Positions 44,987-54,519 of a stretch of 64,000 nt of DNA are shown here, one piece after another. Under the pieces are notes generated by a model. That model made no database searches. It saw only the letters and a list, made by a program, of their open reading frames with translations, and had not been told where the DNA came from. The DNA is from Kaistella sp. (GTDB taxonomy: Bacteria > Bacteroidota > Bacteroidia > Flavobacteriales > Weeksellaceae), in NCBI GenBank assembly GCA_032057205.1, contig DAMCFT010000004.1:132890-196889 (forward strand). Reading direction: 5' to 3'. The position numbers were made by a program, and so were the translations under genes. Every line of letters starts with the position of its first letter. The first letter of the stretch is position 1.

Positions 44987-45569
44987 TTTTATTCATTAGT
45001 TTATAAACGTACTTCCCGATGATATCAAACTCGAGATTTACGCGGTCGCCCGGCAACAGGTTTCTCAGGTTCGTCAGTTCCCATGTGTAGGGAATGATCG
45101 CCACGGAGAAACGGTTTTCGGTACTGTCAGCAACGGTCAGGCTTACGCCGTTAACGGTGATGGAACCTTGTGGTACGGTGGTAAACTCAGCTTCTGATGA
45201 ATATGAAAAGGTAATATAAAAACTACCGTCTTTGTCTTCTATGCTCACCACTTCGCCGGTCCGGTCCACGTGTCCCTGCACCATATGCCCGTCTAACCTG
45301 CCATCAAACTTCAAACAGCGTTCCAAATTTACTTCTGTTCCGATTTTCCAGTCGCCAAGTTGTGTCTTTTCCAGCGTTTCATGTATGGCGGTCACCTTAT
45401 ACTGTTCATTATCAGTTTCCACCACCGTCAGGCAGCAGCCGTTATGCGCCAGACTTTGATCAATTTTTAATTCCTGCGTGAAAGGGCAGGAGAGATAAAA
45501 ATCTATATTCTGGCCATTTTTCTGGATATCGGTTACAATACCGGTAGCTTCAATGATTCCTGTAAACAT
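44973..45569 (-). CDS. ribE: riboflavin synthase
   Basis: 198 aa. MFTGIIEATG, two lumazine-binding repeats (SLAHNGCCLTV / SITVNGVSLTV). Confidence 0.9.
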   Translation of the reverse strand: MFTGIIEATGIVTDIQKNGQNIDFYLSCPFTQELKIDQSLAHNGCCLTVVETDNEQYKVTAIHETLEKTQLGDWKIGTEVNLERCLKFDGRLDGHMVQGHVDRTGEVVSIEDKDGSFYITFSYSSEAEFTTVPQGSITVNGVSLTVADSTENRFSVAIIPYTWELTNLRNLLPGDRVNLEFDIIGKYVYKLMNKNAPI

Positions 45570-45639
45570 AATTATTGTAAATTGCTGGAGTTAAATAATG
45601 CCTGTGCGGTTATTAGTTCGGGTAACCCACCAAATTTGC

Positions 45640-45647
45640 TAAATTTG
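45640..45647 (+). promoter_or_regulatory. candidate -7 box for pdxA
   Basis: TAaaTTTG, 30 nt before ATG 45678. Confidence 0.45.
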
Positions 45648-45677
45648 TACGGTTAAATAATTTCCAAATATAAGAAA

Positions 45678-46769
45678 ATGAGTACTACACCGCCTAAGAT
45701 ACGCGTCGGAATCTCTATCGGCGATTACAACGGGATCGGACCCGAAATTATCATTAAAACCCTGGCGGATAAAACGATTACTGATTTTTTTACGCCGGTT
45801 ATTTTTGGTTCGGGAAAACTCTTTACCTACCAGAAAAACATCTTTAAGGTACAGCAAACGTATCAATATATTAATGAAGCATCTCAGGCACATCCGGACA
45901 AAATCAATATGGTGAACCTGACGAAGGAAAATGTGAATGTAGAGTTAGGCAAACCGACGGAAGAGTCTACCCGCATGGCCATTGATTCTCTGGAAGCAGC
46001 AACCACCGCTTTGATGAACGGTGAAGTGGATGTGCTGGTAACAGCTCCTATTAATAAGGAGGAAATGCTGAAGCTTGGTTTTGAGCATGCCGGCCATACC
46101 GGCTACCTGGAACAGAAGTTCGGCAAAAAAGGCCTGATGTTTCTGGTAACCGATGAATTGAAAGTAGCCGTTTCTACGCATCATATCCCAATTTCTGCCG
46201 TGGCGGAAAATATATCGAAAGAGAAAATTAAAAAACAGATTCGACTGCTGAATCAGTGTCTGGTGGAAGACTTCTGCATTGAGCGGCCGAAAATCGCCGT
46301 ATTAGGGTTAAATCCACACGCCGGCGACGGCGGTGCGATCGGCAAGGAAGAGATTGAAATCATCAGTCCGGCTATCCGAGAATTGATAGATAATGGAATT
46401 CTGGCGTTCGGGCCTTATCCGGCAGACAGCTTTTTCCAGCCCGAAAAATACTGCAGGTTCGATGCGGTTCTGGCGATGTATCATGACCAGGGGCTGGCGC
46501 CTTTTAAAACCATTGCTTACGAGGAAGGAGTGAACTATACCGCCGGATTGCCTTTTATACGTACAAGCCCGGATCACGGAGTGGCGTATGATATTGCCGG
46601 TCAGAATATAGCGGATCCGCGCAGTTTCAGTGAAGCTGTTTTTGCGGCAATTAAAATATTCCGAAACCGAAGTGAGTACGCAGACCTGATGCATGGGCGG
46701 CTGCGTCCGCGGAAATCCAGAGACCACCACGGTGCCGATGAGGATTTGCCGGCAGAAAAGAACAGATAA
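45678..46769 (+). CDS. pdxA: 4-hydroxythreonine-4-phosphate dehydrogenase
   Basis: 363 aa. GDYNGIGPEI, HAGHTGYL, LNPHAGDGG, MYHDQGL. Confidence 0.9.
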   Translation: MSTTPPKIRVGISIGDYNGIGPEIIIKTLADKTITDFFTPVIFGSGKLFTYQKNIFKVQQTYQYINEASQAHPDKINMVNLTKENVNVELGKPTEESTRMAIDSLEAATTALMNGEVDVLVTAPINKEEMLKLGFEHAGHTGYLEQKFGKKGLMFLVTDELKVAVSTHHIPISAVAENISKEKIKKQIRLLNQCLVEDFCIERPKIAVLGLNPHAGDGGAIGKEEIEIISPAIRELIDNGILAFGPYPADSFFQPEKYCRFDAVLAMYHDQGLAPFKTIAYEEGVNYTAGLPFIRTSPDHGVAYDIAGQNIADPRSFSEAVFAAIKIFRNRSEYADLMHGRLRPRKSRDHHGADEDLPAEKNR

Positions 46770-46833
46770 ATATGGCAGACTTTAAATTGTGCGACATTGA
46801 CCGGAAATAATTTGTAATATTAAAAAAAAAGCA

Positions 46834-46841
46834 TATTTTTG
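46834..46841 (+). promoter_or_regulatory. candidate -7 box for yceD-rpmF
   Basis: TAttTTTG, 12 nt before ATG 46854. It overlaps the TTG start used by the ORF track. Confidence 0.45.
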
Positions 46842-46853
46842 CAACCTCATTTT

Positions 46854-47381
46854 ATGGACAAGTTTAAAAACTACGATATCGTGTTTTCCGGCTTGAAAAA
46901 CGGGAAGCATGAGTTCAGGTTTGAGATAGATAAGGCGTTCTTTCAGCTTTTTGATACCGAACAGGAATTTACAAATCCGAAAATCACAGTACATGTACTG
47001 ATGGAAAGGCACAGTACTTTCCTGGAATTTTGGATCCGTATAGAAGGTACGGTGCAGCTGCAGTGCGATATCAGCAGTCAGGAATTTGATCATCCGGTGG
47101 AAAATGAAATCAGTGTACTGGTGAAATTCGGAGAAGAGTATGATGACAGCGATGTGGATGTGATTACGATCCCGTCCACAGACCACGCAGTAAATGTGGC
47201 GCAGCTGATTTATGAAGATGTGATGCTGAGTATTCCGATGAAAAAGGTGTCACCGAATCTGTCGGAAGAACAGCTGGCGCTGCTGGACCAGTATATGCCT
47301 GCCGAACCTGATGAAGAGGAAAAAGAGACTGAAGTGGACCCGCGATGGGCCGCGCTTAACAAATTGAAAGATAAAAATTAA
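46854..47381 (+). CDS. DUF177 (YceD-like) protein
   Basis: ORF track 46839 trimmed to ATG 46854 (MDKFKNYDIVFSGLKNGKHEF). Acidic C-terminus. Conserved position upstream of rpmF. Confidence 0.8.
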   Translation: MDKFKNYDIVFSGLKNGKHEFRFEIDKAFFQLFDTEQEFTNPKITVHVLMERHSTFLEFWIRIEGTVQLQCDISSQEFDHPVENEISVLVKFGEEYDDSDVDVITIPSTDHAVNVAQLIYEDVMLSIPMKKVSPNLSEEQLALLDQYMPAEPDEEEKETEVDPRWAALNKLKDKN

Positions 47382-47449
47382 AATAGTTTAAAATGATGAG
47401 AATTGAGCAATCAACAACTCATCACTCATCAAATTAAAAATTATAGAAA

Positions 47450-47653
47450 ATGGCACATCCAAAGAGAAGACAGTCGTCAACAAGAAGAGATAAGAGAAGA
47501 ACGCATTACAAAGCAGAAGTTCCACAACTGGCAAAAGATGCTGCTTCCGGTGAAATGCACCTGTACCACAGAGCACACTGGCATGAAGGAAAACTGTACT
47601 ACAGAGGTAAAGTAGTAATGGAAAAAGAAATTGAAACTACTGAAGAAGCATAA
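47450..47653 (+). CDS. rpmF: 50S ribosomal protein L32
   Basis: 67 aa. [21 protein letters not shown]. No CxxC pairs (zinc-free form). Confidence 0.9.
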   Translation: MAHPKRRQSSTRRDKRRTHYKAEVPQLAKDAASGEMHLYHRAHWHEGKLYYRGKVVMEKEIETTEEA

Positions 47654-47688
47654 GCCCGAAAAGAGCTAAAATCTTCAATTTTATAGCT

Positions 47689-47725
47689 AAACCACTCAAA
47701 ATATTGGATTTTGAGTGGTTTTTTG
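47689..47725 (+). terminator. rho-independent terminator after rpmF
   Basis: aaaccactcaaaa-tattggat-tttgagtggttt followed by ttttg. Confidence 0.75.
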
Positions 47726-47736
47726 TTGATTTTTAG

Positions 47737-47744
47737 TATCTTTG
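47737..47744 (+). promoter_or_regulatory. candidate -7 box for accB-accC
   Basis: TAtcTTTG, 23 nt before ATG 47768. Confidence 0.45.
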
Positions 47745-47767
47745 GCCGTATAATTAAATAACGACAT

Positions 47768-48250
47768 ATGGACATTAAAGACATCCAGAACCTGATTAAA
47801 TTTGTCTCCAAGGCTGAAGTTTCCGAAGTTAAATACAAGACCAAGGATTTCGAAATTACCATCAAAACGCCACTGGGCGGTTCTGAAACTAATTTCATGC
47901 CTTCACCGGCAGTGTATCACACCGCTCCGGCTCCTGCTGCTGCCCCTGCACAACCGGCTGCTCCCGCTGCTGCTACACCAGCCGCGGAACCTGCGTCTGA
48001 TGACAGCAAGTTTGTGACCATCAAATCTCCGATGATCGGAACATTCTACCGTAAGCCATCACCGGATAAAGATGTATTTGTGAATGTAGGCGATGAAGTT
48101 TCTGTAGGCAAAGTAGTTTGCGTGATTGAAGCGATGAAACTCTTCAACCAGATCGAATCTGAGGTGTCCGGAAAAATTGTAAAAGTTCTGGTAGATGATG
48201 CAACACCGGTAGAATACGATCAGCCGTTGTTCCTGGTAGATCCGTCTTAA
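47768..48250 (+). CDS. accB: acetyl-CoA carboxylase biotin carboxyl carrier protein
   Basis: 160 aa. Ala/Pro linker and biotinylation motif [13 protein letters not shown]. Confidence 0.95.
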   Translation: MDIKDIQNLIKFVSKAEVSEVKYKTKDFEITIKTPLGGSETNFMPSPAVYHTAPAPAAAPAQPAAPAAATPAAEPASDDSKFVTIKSPMIGTFYRKPSPDKDVFVNVGDEVSVGKVVCVIEAMKLFNQIESEVSGKIVKVLVDDATPVEYDQPLFLVDPS

Positions 48251-48257
48251 TTTAGAA

Positions 48258-48285
48258 ATTAGATGTTAGACATTAGATGTTAGAT
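48258..48285. repeat. tandem direct repeat, 14-bp unit x2 (accB-accC spacer)
   Basis: attagatgttagaC / attagatgttagaT, adjacent copies. Confidence 0.8.
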
Positions 48286-48315
48286 TAAGTTCTGCATTAA
48301 AATTAACATTATCTG

Positions 48316-48341
48316 ATTTTCAAATTTCTAATTTTCAAATT
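48316..48341. repeat. direct repeat attttcaaatt x2, 15-bp period (accB-accC spacer)
   Basis: attttcaaatt at 48316-48326 and 48331-48341. The second copy ends 7 nt before the accC ATG. Confidence 0.8.
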
Positions 48342-48348
48342 AAAGTAA

Positions 48349-49704
48349 ATGTTCAAAAAAATACTGATCGCCAACCGTGGCGAGATTGCCATGCGCATCC
48401 TGCGTACCTGCAAGGAAATGGGAATCAAAACGGTAGCGGTATATTCCACCGCAGATAAAGACAGCCTGCATGTGCGCTTCGCTGATGAGGCAGTCTGCAT
48501 CGGGCCTGCGATGAGCAAGGACTCTTATCTGAAGATTCCTAACATTATCGCCGCCGCGGAAATTACCAATGCAGATGCGATCCACCCGGGATATGGTTTC
48601 CTTTCGGAAAACTCTAACTTCTCGCGTATCTGCCAGAAAAATAATATTAAATTTATCGGAGCTACACCGGAACAAATCGACCGTATGGGCGATAAGGCCA
48701 ATGCGAAAGCAACGATGAAAGAAGCCGGTGTTCCTTGTGTGCCGGGCTCTGATGGCCTGATAGAATCCTACGATCACGCGCTTAAAATTGCCAAAGAAAT
48801 CGGGTATCCGGTGATGATTAAAGCAACTGCCGGTGGCGGTGGTAAGGGAATGCGCGCGGTCTGGAAAGAAGAAGATCTGAAGGATCACTGGGAATCTGCC
48901 ATTCAGGAAGCGGTTGCAGCTTTCGGGAACGGCGGAATGTATATGGAAAAACTCATCGAAGAGCCACGCCATATCGAAATCCAGATTGCCGGCGACCAAT
49001 ATGGGAAAGCGTGTCACCTTTCAGAAAGAGACTGCTCTGTTCAGCGCCGTAACCAAAAGCTGACCGAAGAAACACCATCTCCTTTTATGACAGAGGAACT
49101 GCGTACGGCAATGGGCGCAGCGGCGGTAAAAGCGGCAGAATACATCGGGTATGAAGGCGTAGGAACCATTGAGTTCTTGGTGGACAAGCACCGTAATTTC
49201 TACTTTATGGAGATGAATACCCGTATTCAGGTGGAACATCCGATTACTGAACAGGTGGTGGATTATGACCTGATCCGTGAGCAGATTTTGCTGGCCTCGG
49301 GTTCACCAATTTCGGGACGTGATTATCTGCCGAAACTGCATTCAATTGAATGCCGTATTAATGCGGAGGATCCTTACAATGATTTCCGTCCGTCACCGGG
49401 CAAAATCACGGAACTGAACATCCCTGGCGGTCATGGGATCAGAGTTGATACCCACGTTTATTCCGGCTATACGATTCCTTCCAACTATGACTCGATGATT
49501 GCCAAGCTCATCACCACGGCGCAAACCCGCGAGGAGGCCATTTCCAAAATGAAGCGTGCGCTCGAAGAGTTTTATATTGAGGGTGTGAAAACCACAATTC
49601 CTTTCCACCGTCAACTCATGGAGGATGAGAATTACCTTTCCGGGAATTACACGACTAAGTTTATGGAAGACTTTACAATGGATAAAAGGTTTGATAATAA
49701 CTAA
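48349..49704 (+). CDS. accC: acetyl-CoA carboxylase biotin carboxylase subunit
   Basis: 451 aa. [31 protein letters not shown]. Confidence 0.95.
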   Translation: MFKKILIANRGEIAMRILRTCKEMGIKTVAVYSTADKDSLHVRFADEAVCIGPAMSKDSYLKIPNIIAAAEITNADAIHPGYGFLSENSNFSRICQKNNIKFIGATPEQIDRMGDKANAKATMKEAGVPCVPGSDGLIESYDHALKIAKEIGYPVMIKATAGGGGKGMRAVWKEEDLKDHWESAIQEAVAAFGNGGMYMEKLIEEPRHIEIQIAGDQYGKACHLSERDCSVQRRNQKLTEETPSPFMTEELRTAMGAAAVKAAEYIGYEGVGTIEFLVDKHRNFYFMEMNTRIQVEHPITEQVVDYDLIREQILLASGSPISGRDYLPKLHSIECRINAEDPYNDFRPSPGKITELNIPGGHGIRVDTHVYSGYTIPSNYDSMIAKLITTAQTREEAISKMKRALEEFYIEGVKTTIPFHRQLMEDENYLSGNYTTKFMEDFTMDKRFDNN

Positions 49705-49728
49705 ACCATTTCCATTGAAACATATTTG

Positions 49729-49760
49729 CATCACAGCCCTTCGGTTGTGATGTTTTATTT
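49729..49760 (+). terminator. rho-independent terminator after accC
   Basis: catcacagcc-cttc-ggttgtgatg (one G.U) followed by ttttatttt. Confidence 0.65.
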
Positions 49761-49789
49761 TAAAAAGCGGTGATTCATCTTTAATTACG

Positions 49790-49797
49790 TAATTTTG
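49790..49797 (+). promoter_or_regulatory. candidate -7 box for the toxin-antitoxin pair
   Basis: TAatTTTG, 16 nt before ATG 49814. Confidence 0.45.
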
Positions 49798-49813
49798 TAC
49801 AAACCATTGCATC

Positions 49814-50038
49814 ATGGAAAATATCATCATTATTCCCGAGAGCAAGAAACAATCGTCCGTAATAAAAGCGTTCCTGAAGGAAATGAAAATTCGTTTCGAG
49901 GTAGAAAAGGATGACGCCGAGATGACGAAGGAGGAGTTCTTTGCAAAGATAGATCGGGCAAAGCAGGAGGTGAAGGAAGGGAAAGTGACACGAATCAATA
50001 CGACTGAGGAGTTGCACGCTTTTTTGGAAAACATATGA
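49814..50038 (+). CDS. DUF2683-type putative antitoxin
   Basis: 74 aa. MENIIIIPESKKQSSVIKAFLKEMKIRFEVEK... matches my recollection of the Bacteroidota DUF2683 family. ATGA overlap with the toxin gene. Confidence 0.7.
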   Translation: MENIIIIPESKKQSSVIKAFLKEMKIRFEVEKDDAEMTKEEFFAKIDRAKQEVKEGKVTRINTTEELHAFLENI

Positions 50039-50313
50039 AATACTCATTAGTCTTCACAGATAAATTTACGAAAGATCTTCATCTTATTAAGAAATCTGGT
50101 GAGAAAGCGCTCTTCAAAAAAGTTACGGCCTTGCTGGAAGAAATCGTACAAAATCCTAAGGTTGGTACTGGAAAACCTGAACAACTGAAACACTACGAGG
50201 TCAATGTATGGTCGCGCCACATTTCCGGAAAACATCGGCTCGTTTACGAGATTCATGATGAAGAAATCATCATTATTCTGCTCTCTGCCTACGGACATTA
50301 TACTGACAAATAA
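50035..50313 (+). CDS. yoeB: Txe/YoeB family toxin (mRNA interferase)
   Basis: 92 aa. ..GTGKPEQLKH..WSRHISGKHRLVYEI....I.ILLSAYGHYTDK. The Glu, Arg and C-terminal His-Tyr of YoeB are present. Confidence 0.8.
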   Translation: MKYSLVFTDKFTKDLHLIKKSGEKALFKKVTALLEEIVQNPKVGTGKPEQLKHYEVNVWSRHISGKHRLVYEIHDEEIIIILLSAYGHYTDK

Positions 50314-50366
50314 CTACCGGCTCACAACTATCTGTGACCTTAACTTTAATAATACCAAAATAATTT

Positions 50367-51611
50367 ATGACCAATTCCGCACACAATTCTGACTATTATA
50401 TTGAACTCGAAGAAAAATACGGCGCCCATAATTACCATCCGCTGCCGGTAGTGCTCGAGCGTGGTGAAGGAGTATATGTCTGGGACGTGGAAGGGAAAAA
50501 ATACTTTGATTTTCTGTCTGCGTATTCAGCCGTTAATCAGGGACACTCGCACCCACATATTGTGGAGGCGCTGACTGCCCAGGCGCAGAAACTGGCTTTG
50601 ACCTCGCGTGCTTTCTATAATTCAAGTTTGGGCGTCTATGAAAAGAAAATAACCGACTTGTTTGGATTTGATAAAGTGTTGCCGATGAACTCCGGTGCCG
50701 AAGCTGTGGAAACGGCATTGAAAATCGCCAGAAAATGGAGTTACGAAGTGAAAGGCCTGCCGGAAAACAGCGCAAAAATCATCGTTTGTGAAAACAATTT
50801 CCACGGGCGTACCACTACGATTGTTTCTTTTTCCAACGATCCGGATGCGAATACGAACTATGGTCCGTTTACGCCAGGGTTTATAAAGATTCCATACAAT
50901 GATATTTCAGCTTTAGAAAATATTCTGAAACAGGAAGGCGACCAGATTGCGGGCTTTTTGGTAGAGCCGATTCAGGGAGAGGCCGGTGTATATGTGCCGG
51001 ATGCCGGTTACCTGCGTGCTTGTGCTGATTTGTGTCGCAAATACAATGTTTTATTTATCGCTGATGAGGTTCAGACCGGTATTGCCCGTACCGGAAAATT
51101 GATAGCCTGTTACCATGAAGATGTACAGCCGGATATACTAATTCTGGGTAAGGCACTTTCGGGCGGAATGTATCCTGTTTCTGCAGTGCTTGCTAATAAT
51201 TCTGTTATGAACGTGATCCAGCCAGGCCAACATGGCTCCACTTTTGGCGGAAACCCGCTGGCATGTGCCGTCGCCATTGCCGCCCTGGAGGTAGTGGAAA
51301 AGGAACAGCTTTCAGAGCGCGCCGAAAAGTTAGGTCAGTTATTCCGCGACGAAATCAACAAACTTATCGAAAAAACAGATTTGATTACCAAAGTACGCGG
51401 TAAAGGTCTCTTAAATGCCATCCTGATTAATGATACACCGGAAAGCAGTACGGCCTGGGAGCTGTGCCTGAGATTGCGTGACAATGGTCTTTTAGCAAAA
51501 CCAACCCATGGCAACATCATCCGCCTGGCGCCGCCTTTGGTGATCACAGAGGAGCAGCTGCTGGCGTGCGTGAAGATTATTGAGAAGACGGTGGAGGAGT
51601 TTGGGCGGTAA
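50367..51611 (+). CDS. rocD: ornithine--oxo-acid transaminase
   Basis: 414 aa. [33 protein letters not shown] (PLP Lys). Confidence 0.9.
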   Translation: MTNSAHNSDYYIELEEKYGAHNYHPLPVVLERGEGVYVWDVEGKKYFDFLSAYSAVNQGHSHPHIVEALTAQAQKLALTSRAFYNSSLGVYEKKITDLFGFDKVLPMNSGAEAVETALKIARKWSYEVKGLPENSAKIIVCENNFHGRTTTIVSFSNDPDANTNYGPFTPGFIKIPYNDISALENILKQEGDQIAGFLVEPIQGEAGVYVPDAGYLRACADLCRKYNVLFIADEVQTGIARTGKLIACYHEDVQPDILILGKALSGGMYPVSAVLANNSVMNVIQPGQHGSTFGGNPLACAVAIAALEVVEKEQLSERAEKLGQLFRDEINKLIEKTDLITKVRGKGLLNAILINDTPESSTAWELCLRLRDNGLLAKPTHGNIIRLAPPLVITEEQLLACVKIIEKTVEEFGR

Positions 51612-51621
51612 ACCGTGAAAT

Positions 51622-52374
51622 GTGGAAAGGATCAGTGGTCTCATCATAACTTATAATGAGGAAGAAAATATTCGTGATGTCTTAGCCTGTTTCCATTTTT
51701 GCGATGAAATTATTGTTGTGGATTCGTTTAGCACGGATGCAACTGTGGAAATCGCCAGGAGAAATCCAAAAGTAAAAGTGTACCAACAGCTCTTTACTGA
51801 TTTTACCCGGCAGAGAAATACGGCGCTTGATTTAGCAAGTAACGACTGGATTTTTTTTCTCGATGGTGATGAGAGAACTACGCCTGCTCTGGAAGAAGAA
51901 ATTATCCAGACGGTGAATAATAAATATGCTAAAGATGCTTATTACTTTTACCGCATCTTTTTCGTCGGTAACCATAAAATCAATTTTTCGGGAACTCAGA
52001 ACGATAAAAACTTCCGGCTCTTCCGCAAGTCTAAAGCATCCTATTCTTCGGAGAAGAAAGTACATGAAACCCTTGAGGTGAAAGGAAGCATAGGTGAGCT
52101 GAAAAGCAAACTGCTTCATTATTCATTTAAAGATTTCGTGCAGTTTAAAAAGAAAATGATGTTATACGGCACCCTGAAAGGCGAGGAATTGTACAGTAAA
52201 GGAAAGGGTTATTCATTTGGGGTCCATGCCGGTAAAGTGATTTTCAAATTTTTCAAAACGTATATACTGCAGCTGGGTCTGCTGGATGGATTAAACGGCA
52301 TAAAAATAAGTTATCTGCAAAGCCTGTATATTCACCAGACCTACAAGACATTGAAACATTTAACATCCGGATAA
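51622..52374 (+). CDS. family-2 glycosyltransferase (KdtX/WaaE-like core type)
   Basis: 250 aa, GTG start. ISGLIITYNEEENI, VVDSFSTDAT, FFLDGDE (DxD). Confidence 0.75.
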   Translation: MERISGLIITYNEEENIRDVLACFHFCDEIIVVDSFSTDATVEIARRNPKVKVYQQLFTDFTRQRNTALDLASNDWIFFLDGDERTTPALEEEIIQTVNNKYAKDAYYFYRIFFVGNHKINFSGTQNDKNFRLFRKSKASYSSEKKVHETLEVKGSIGELKSKLLHYSFKDFVQFKKKMMLYGTLKGEELYSKGKGYSFGVHAGKVIFKFFKTYILQLGLLDGLNGIKISYLQSLYIHQTYKTLKHLTSG

Positions 52375-52443
52375 ATTCCAGTCCGCAAAGCACCAGGCGA
52401 AGTAAAACAAAATCGATCTACATCTTTTTCGCGATAGTGTACA

Positions 52444-53310
52444 TTATTTAATATAGACCGGTTTATTGTTCTTAAACAATTGGTTGATAAGGGAATGTAA
52501 TTTTCTCCGGGTACTGGATTCACGTACTCTGATGGGATGCTCCGTAAGATTGTGCTGTTTTACTTTCTCAAGGATCTGCGCAAGCGAATAGTCCTTCATA
52601 AAGCATTCTTTCAAAAACGAACTAATAAAAGAGTTCCAGAAATTCTTGTTGCCCCAATAATGCCCTACAATATCATCAGCGGGTTGCAACGGAGCATATG
52701 CGTGAAGACCGAGAGAAAATGCAAACTGTTCAATTAACCTCCTGGTTACGCCATCTGCACACATTGCATCGTTAATATTTAAAGTAAGATGTAAACAGTC
52801 CAGGTGATCTTTAGCAATGCCAATGACTCCCGCGTTCCACATGCTGCTGTTTTGGTCTATTTTAATGTCAGCATATGTTTTCCCTTTCATTTGTGCCCAC
52901 ATTTTTCTTTCGGTTTTGGAAGTCAGGGAAGCTAATTTACCTTCTTCCACGTGCATGAAATTCTGCCCGTCCTCCATCCTTTGCCACAGCACATCCGTAG
53001 AATTAAAGAAAAAAGTATCTCCATCCAGATATAAAATTGACTGTGCAGGATATCTTTCCGCCACAAGCTGCAATGCTTTGATTTTGACACGCCAGAAAAA
53101 CTCATGTACTCCTTCCCATTGCTTAATAGTCTCTCTGTCGATGGAAATAACTTCAATGTGATCTCGAAGGGAATGAAATAAGGATGCATTCTCAGCAACC
53201 ACAATAATCCTGTGGTCACTATTCTTATGAATCATGGCCGTGTAGATGGAAAAATAAACTTGCTGGTAATGGTCCGTGTTATCACCAAAAACAAGGTATA
53301 CAATATTCAT
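52444..53310 (-). CDS. putative nucleotide-sugar transferase (DxD, GT-A-like), family not assignable
   Basis: 288 aa. ILYLDGDTFFF (DxD) and SSMWNAGVIG are reminiscent of GT8-type enzymes. Besides the cupin gene, the only island gene on the minus strand. Confidence 0.5.
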   Translation of the reverse strand: MNIVYLVFGDNTDHYQQVYFSIYTAMIHKNSDHRIIVVAENASLFHSLRDHIEVISIDRETIKQWEGVHEFFWRVKIKALQLVAERYPAQSILYLDGDTFFFNSTDVLWQRMEDGQNFMHVEEGKLASLTSKTERKMWAQMKGKTYADIKIDQNSSMWNAGVIGIAKDHLDCLHLTLNINDAMCADGVTRRLIEQFAFSLGLHAYAPLQPADDIVGHYWGNKNFWNSFISSFLKECFMKDYSLAQILEKVKQHNLTEHPIRVRESSTRRKLHSLINQLFKNNKPVYIK

Positions 53311-53544
53311 GTTGGTTTTCTTGTTATTATACAGGTCCGGGAGCGAATGATTACTTCTGGCCTGAGGACAAAATTAGCGTAAAGCAGCGTCTTGCAAAAA
53401 TTTGTTTGGTTTAATATTTTCTGTTACTTTGTGACAAATAATCTTATGGTGATGGTTGGTTGCTGGACACTCTTTGCGAAATTAAAGTTGCTAAAATGTT
53501 TATTTGAAGTTAGTTTCTCCTGACCTTTAAGTGTGCAGATTGCA

Positions 53545-54519
53545 ATGAGTATGAATGATAATCCACTGATTAGTATAATAATTCCCTGCTATAATGCCGC
53601 ACAGAGCCTGCAAAAGTGCCTGGACTCTGTCGTAACACAAGACTATGCCAATTTGGAAATCATTCTTGTTGATGACGGCTCTACCGACCGTTCCGAAAGA
53701 ATCTACCGGCAGTTCCAGCAAAAAGATGACCGGATCAAAGTCATCCGCCAGGATAATGCAGGAGTCTCCAGAGCGAGAAACAGAGGGTTAAAAGCAGCTA
53801 CGGGTGAGTACCTCTGCTTTGTGGATGCAGACGATCGGGTAAAAAAGAACTATTGTTCAGCATTGTATGCCTTAATCGCGCGTGAGCGGGCAGATATTGC
53901 TATCGTGGAAGCAAGCTATGAAGATGAGGAAGGGAATGTTGTTTTTGAAAAGCCAACTTCAGAAGAGAGTATCATAGACGGCAGGCGCGCTCTCGCACTT
54001 TTGCTGGAGGACCGGGTAATACAGAGTCACCCGTGGGGCAAATTATATAAAGCCGTTCTGCTGCAGAATATCAGTTTTCCCGAAGATCTTAAATGCTTTG
54101 AGGATTACTCTACACTTTTTAAAATATTTGACAAAGCCGTCAAGGTAGTTAAATCCAATGAAAAACTATATCATTACATACAGCATCCTGATAGTCTTTC
54201 CCATAATATGTCAGCGGAAACTGCTTACCAGTTTTATTTAGCGATTGTTAGGGTATTCTCCTTTTGGGAAACTACCACGCATGCCGGAAACCGGAAATTA
54301 ATTATCAGAAATGTTATCAGGAAGCTTTTTATGGTTCTAAAACGGATTTTAAGAAGTACTGCTGTAGATGAAATGACCGCCGAGAAAGAAAATATTCGGC
54401 GAACCTTAAGGTGGTTTTTGAGCCGGCCAGCCACAGAAATTGGATTGGAATATTATTTATACCTGAGGCTATACTGCTACTATCCTTTGATTTACACAAG
54501 GCTGATTTCTAGAAAATGA
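53545..54519 (+). CDS. family-2 glycosyltransferase
   Basis: ORF track 53533 (GTG) trimmed to ATG 53545. ISIIIPCYNAAQSL, VDDGSTDRS, FVDADD. Confidence 0.85.
   Translation: MSMNDNPLISIIIPCYNAAQSLQKCLDSVVTQDYANLEIILVDDGSTDRSERIYRQFQQKDDRIKVIRQDNAGVSRARNRGLKAATGEYLCFVDADDRVKKNYCSALYALIARERADIAIVEASYEDEEGNVVFEKPTSEESIIDGRRALALLLEDRVIQSHPWGKLYKAVLLQNISFPEDLKCFEDYSTLFKIFDKAVKVVKSNEKLYHYIQHPDSLSHNMSAETAYQFYLAIVRVFSFWETTTHAGNRKLIIRNVIRKLFMVLKRILRSTAVDEMTAEKENIRRTLRWFLSRPATEIGLEYYLYLRLYCYYPLIYTRLISRK

Noticed and set aside
45570-45677. Looked for an FMN riboswitch upstream of ribE, and more generally for tRNA, rRNA, tmRNA, RNase P, SRP RNA or CRISPR repeats in all gaps over 100 bp (5226-5358, 6382-6761, 14260-14504, 26890-27182, 31005-31216, 53311-53544 and others).
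   Set aside because: By eye I found no conserved riboswitch core, cloverleaf-type arms or regularly spaced repeats. The 31005-31216 rpmB leader has only a 10-bp palindrome (ggcaattgcc, 31066-31075). Small RNAs cannot be excluded without covariance-model searches.
47396-47430. Possible regulatory hairpin in the yceD-rpmF spacer (gatga...tcatc with an inner ttgag/ctca helix).
   Set aside because: On careful re-reading, the stems are only 5 bp and 4 bp, separated by an asymmetric internal loop. That is too weak to call.
47429-47437. The 9-mer TCAAATTAA occurs in sense orientation 5-20 nt upstream of three start codons (rpmF at 47429-47437, accC at 48335-48343, the dehydrogenase gene at complement 1034-1042). 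It looked like a shared regulatory word.
   Set aside because: This was a post hoc observation. By a rough base-composition estimate, an A/T-rich 9-mer like this is expected about once in 128 kb of two-strand sequence. Intergenic DNA here is much more AT-rich, so three hits are not convincing without a genome-wide count.
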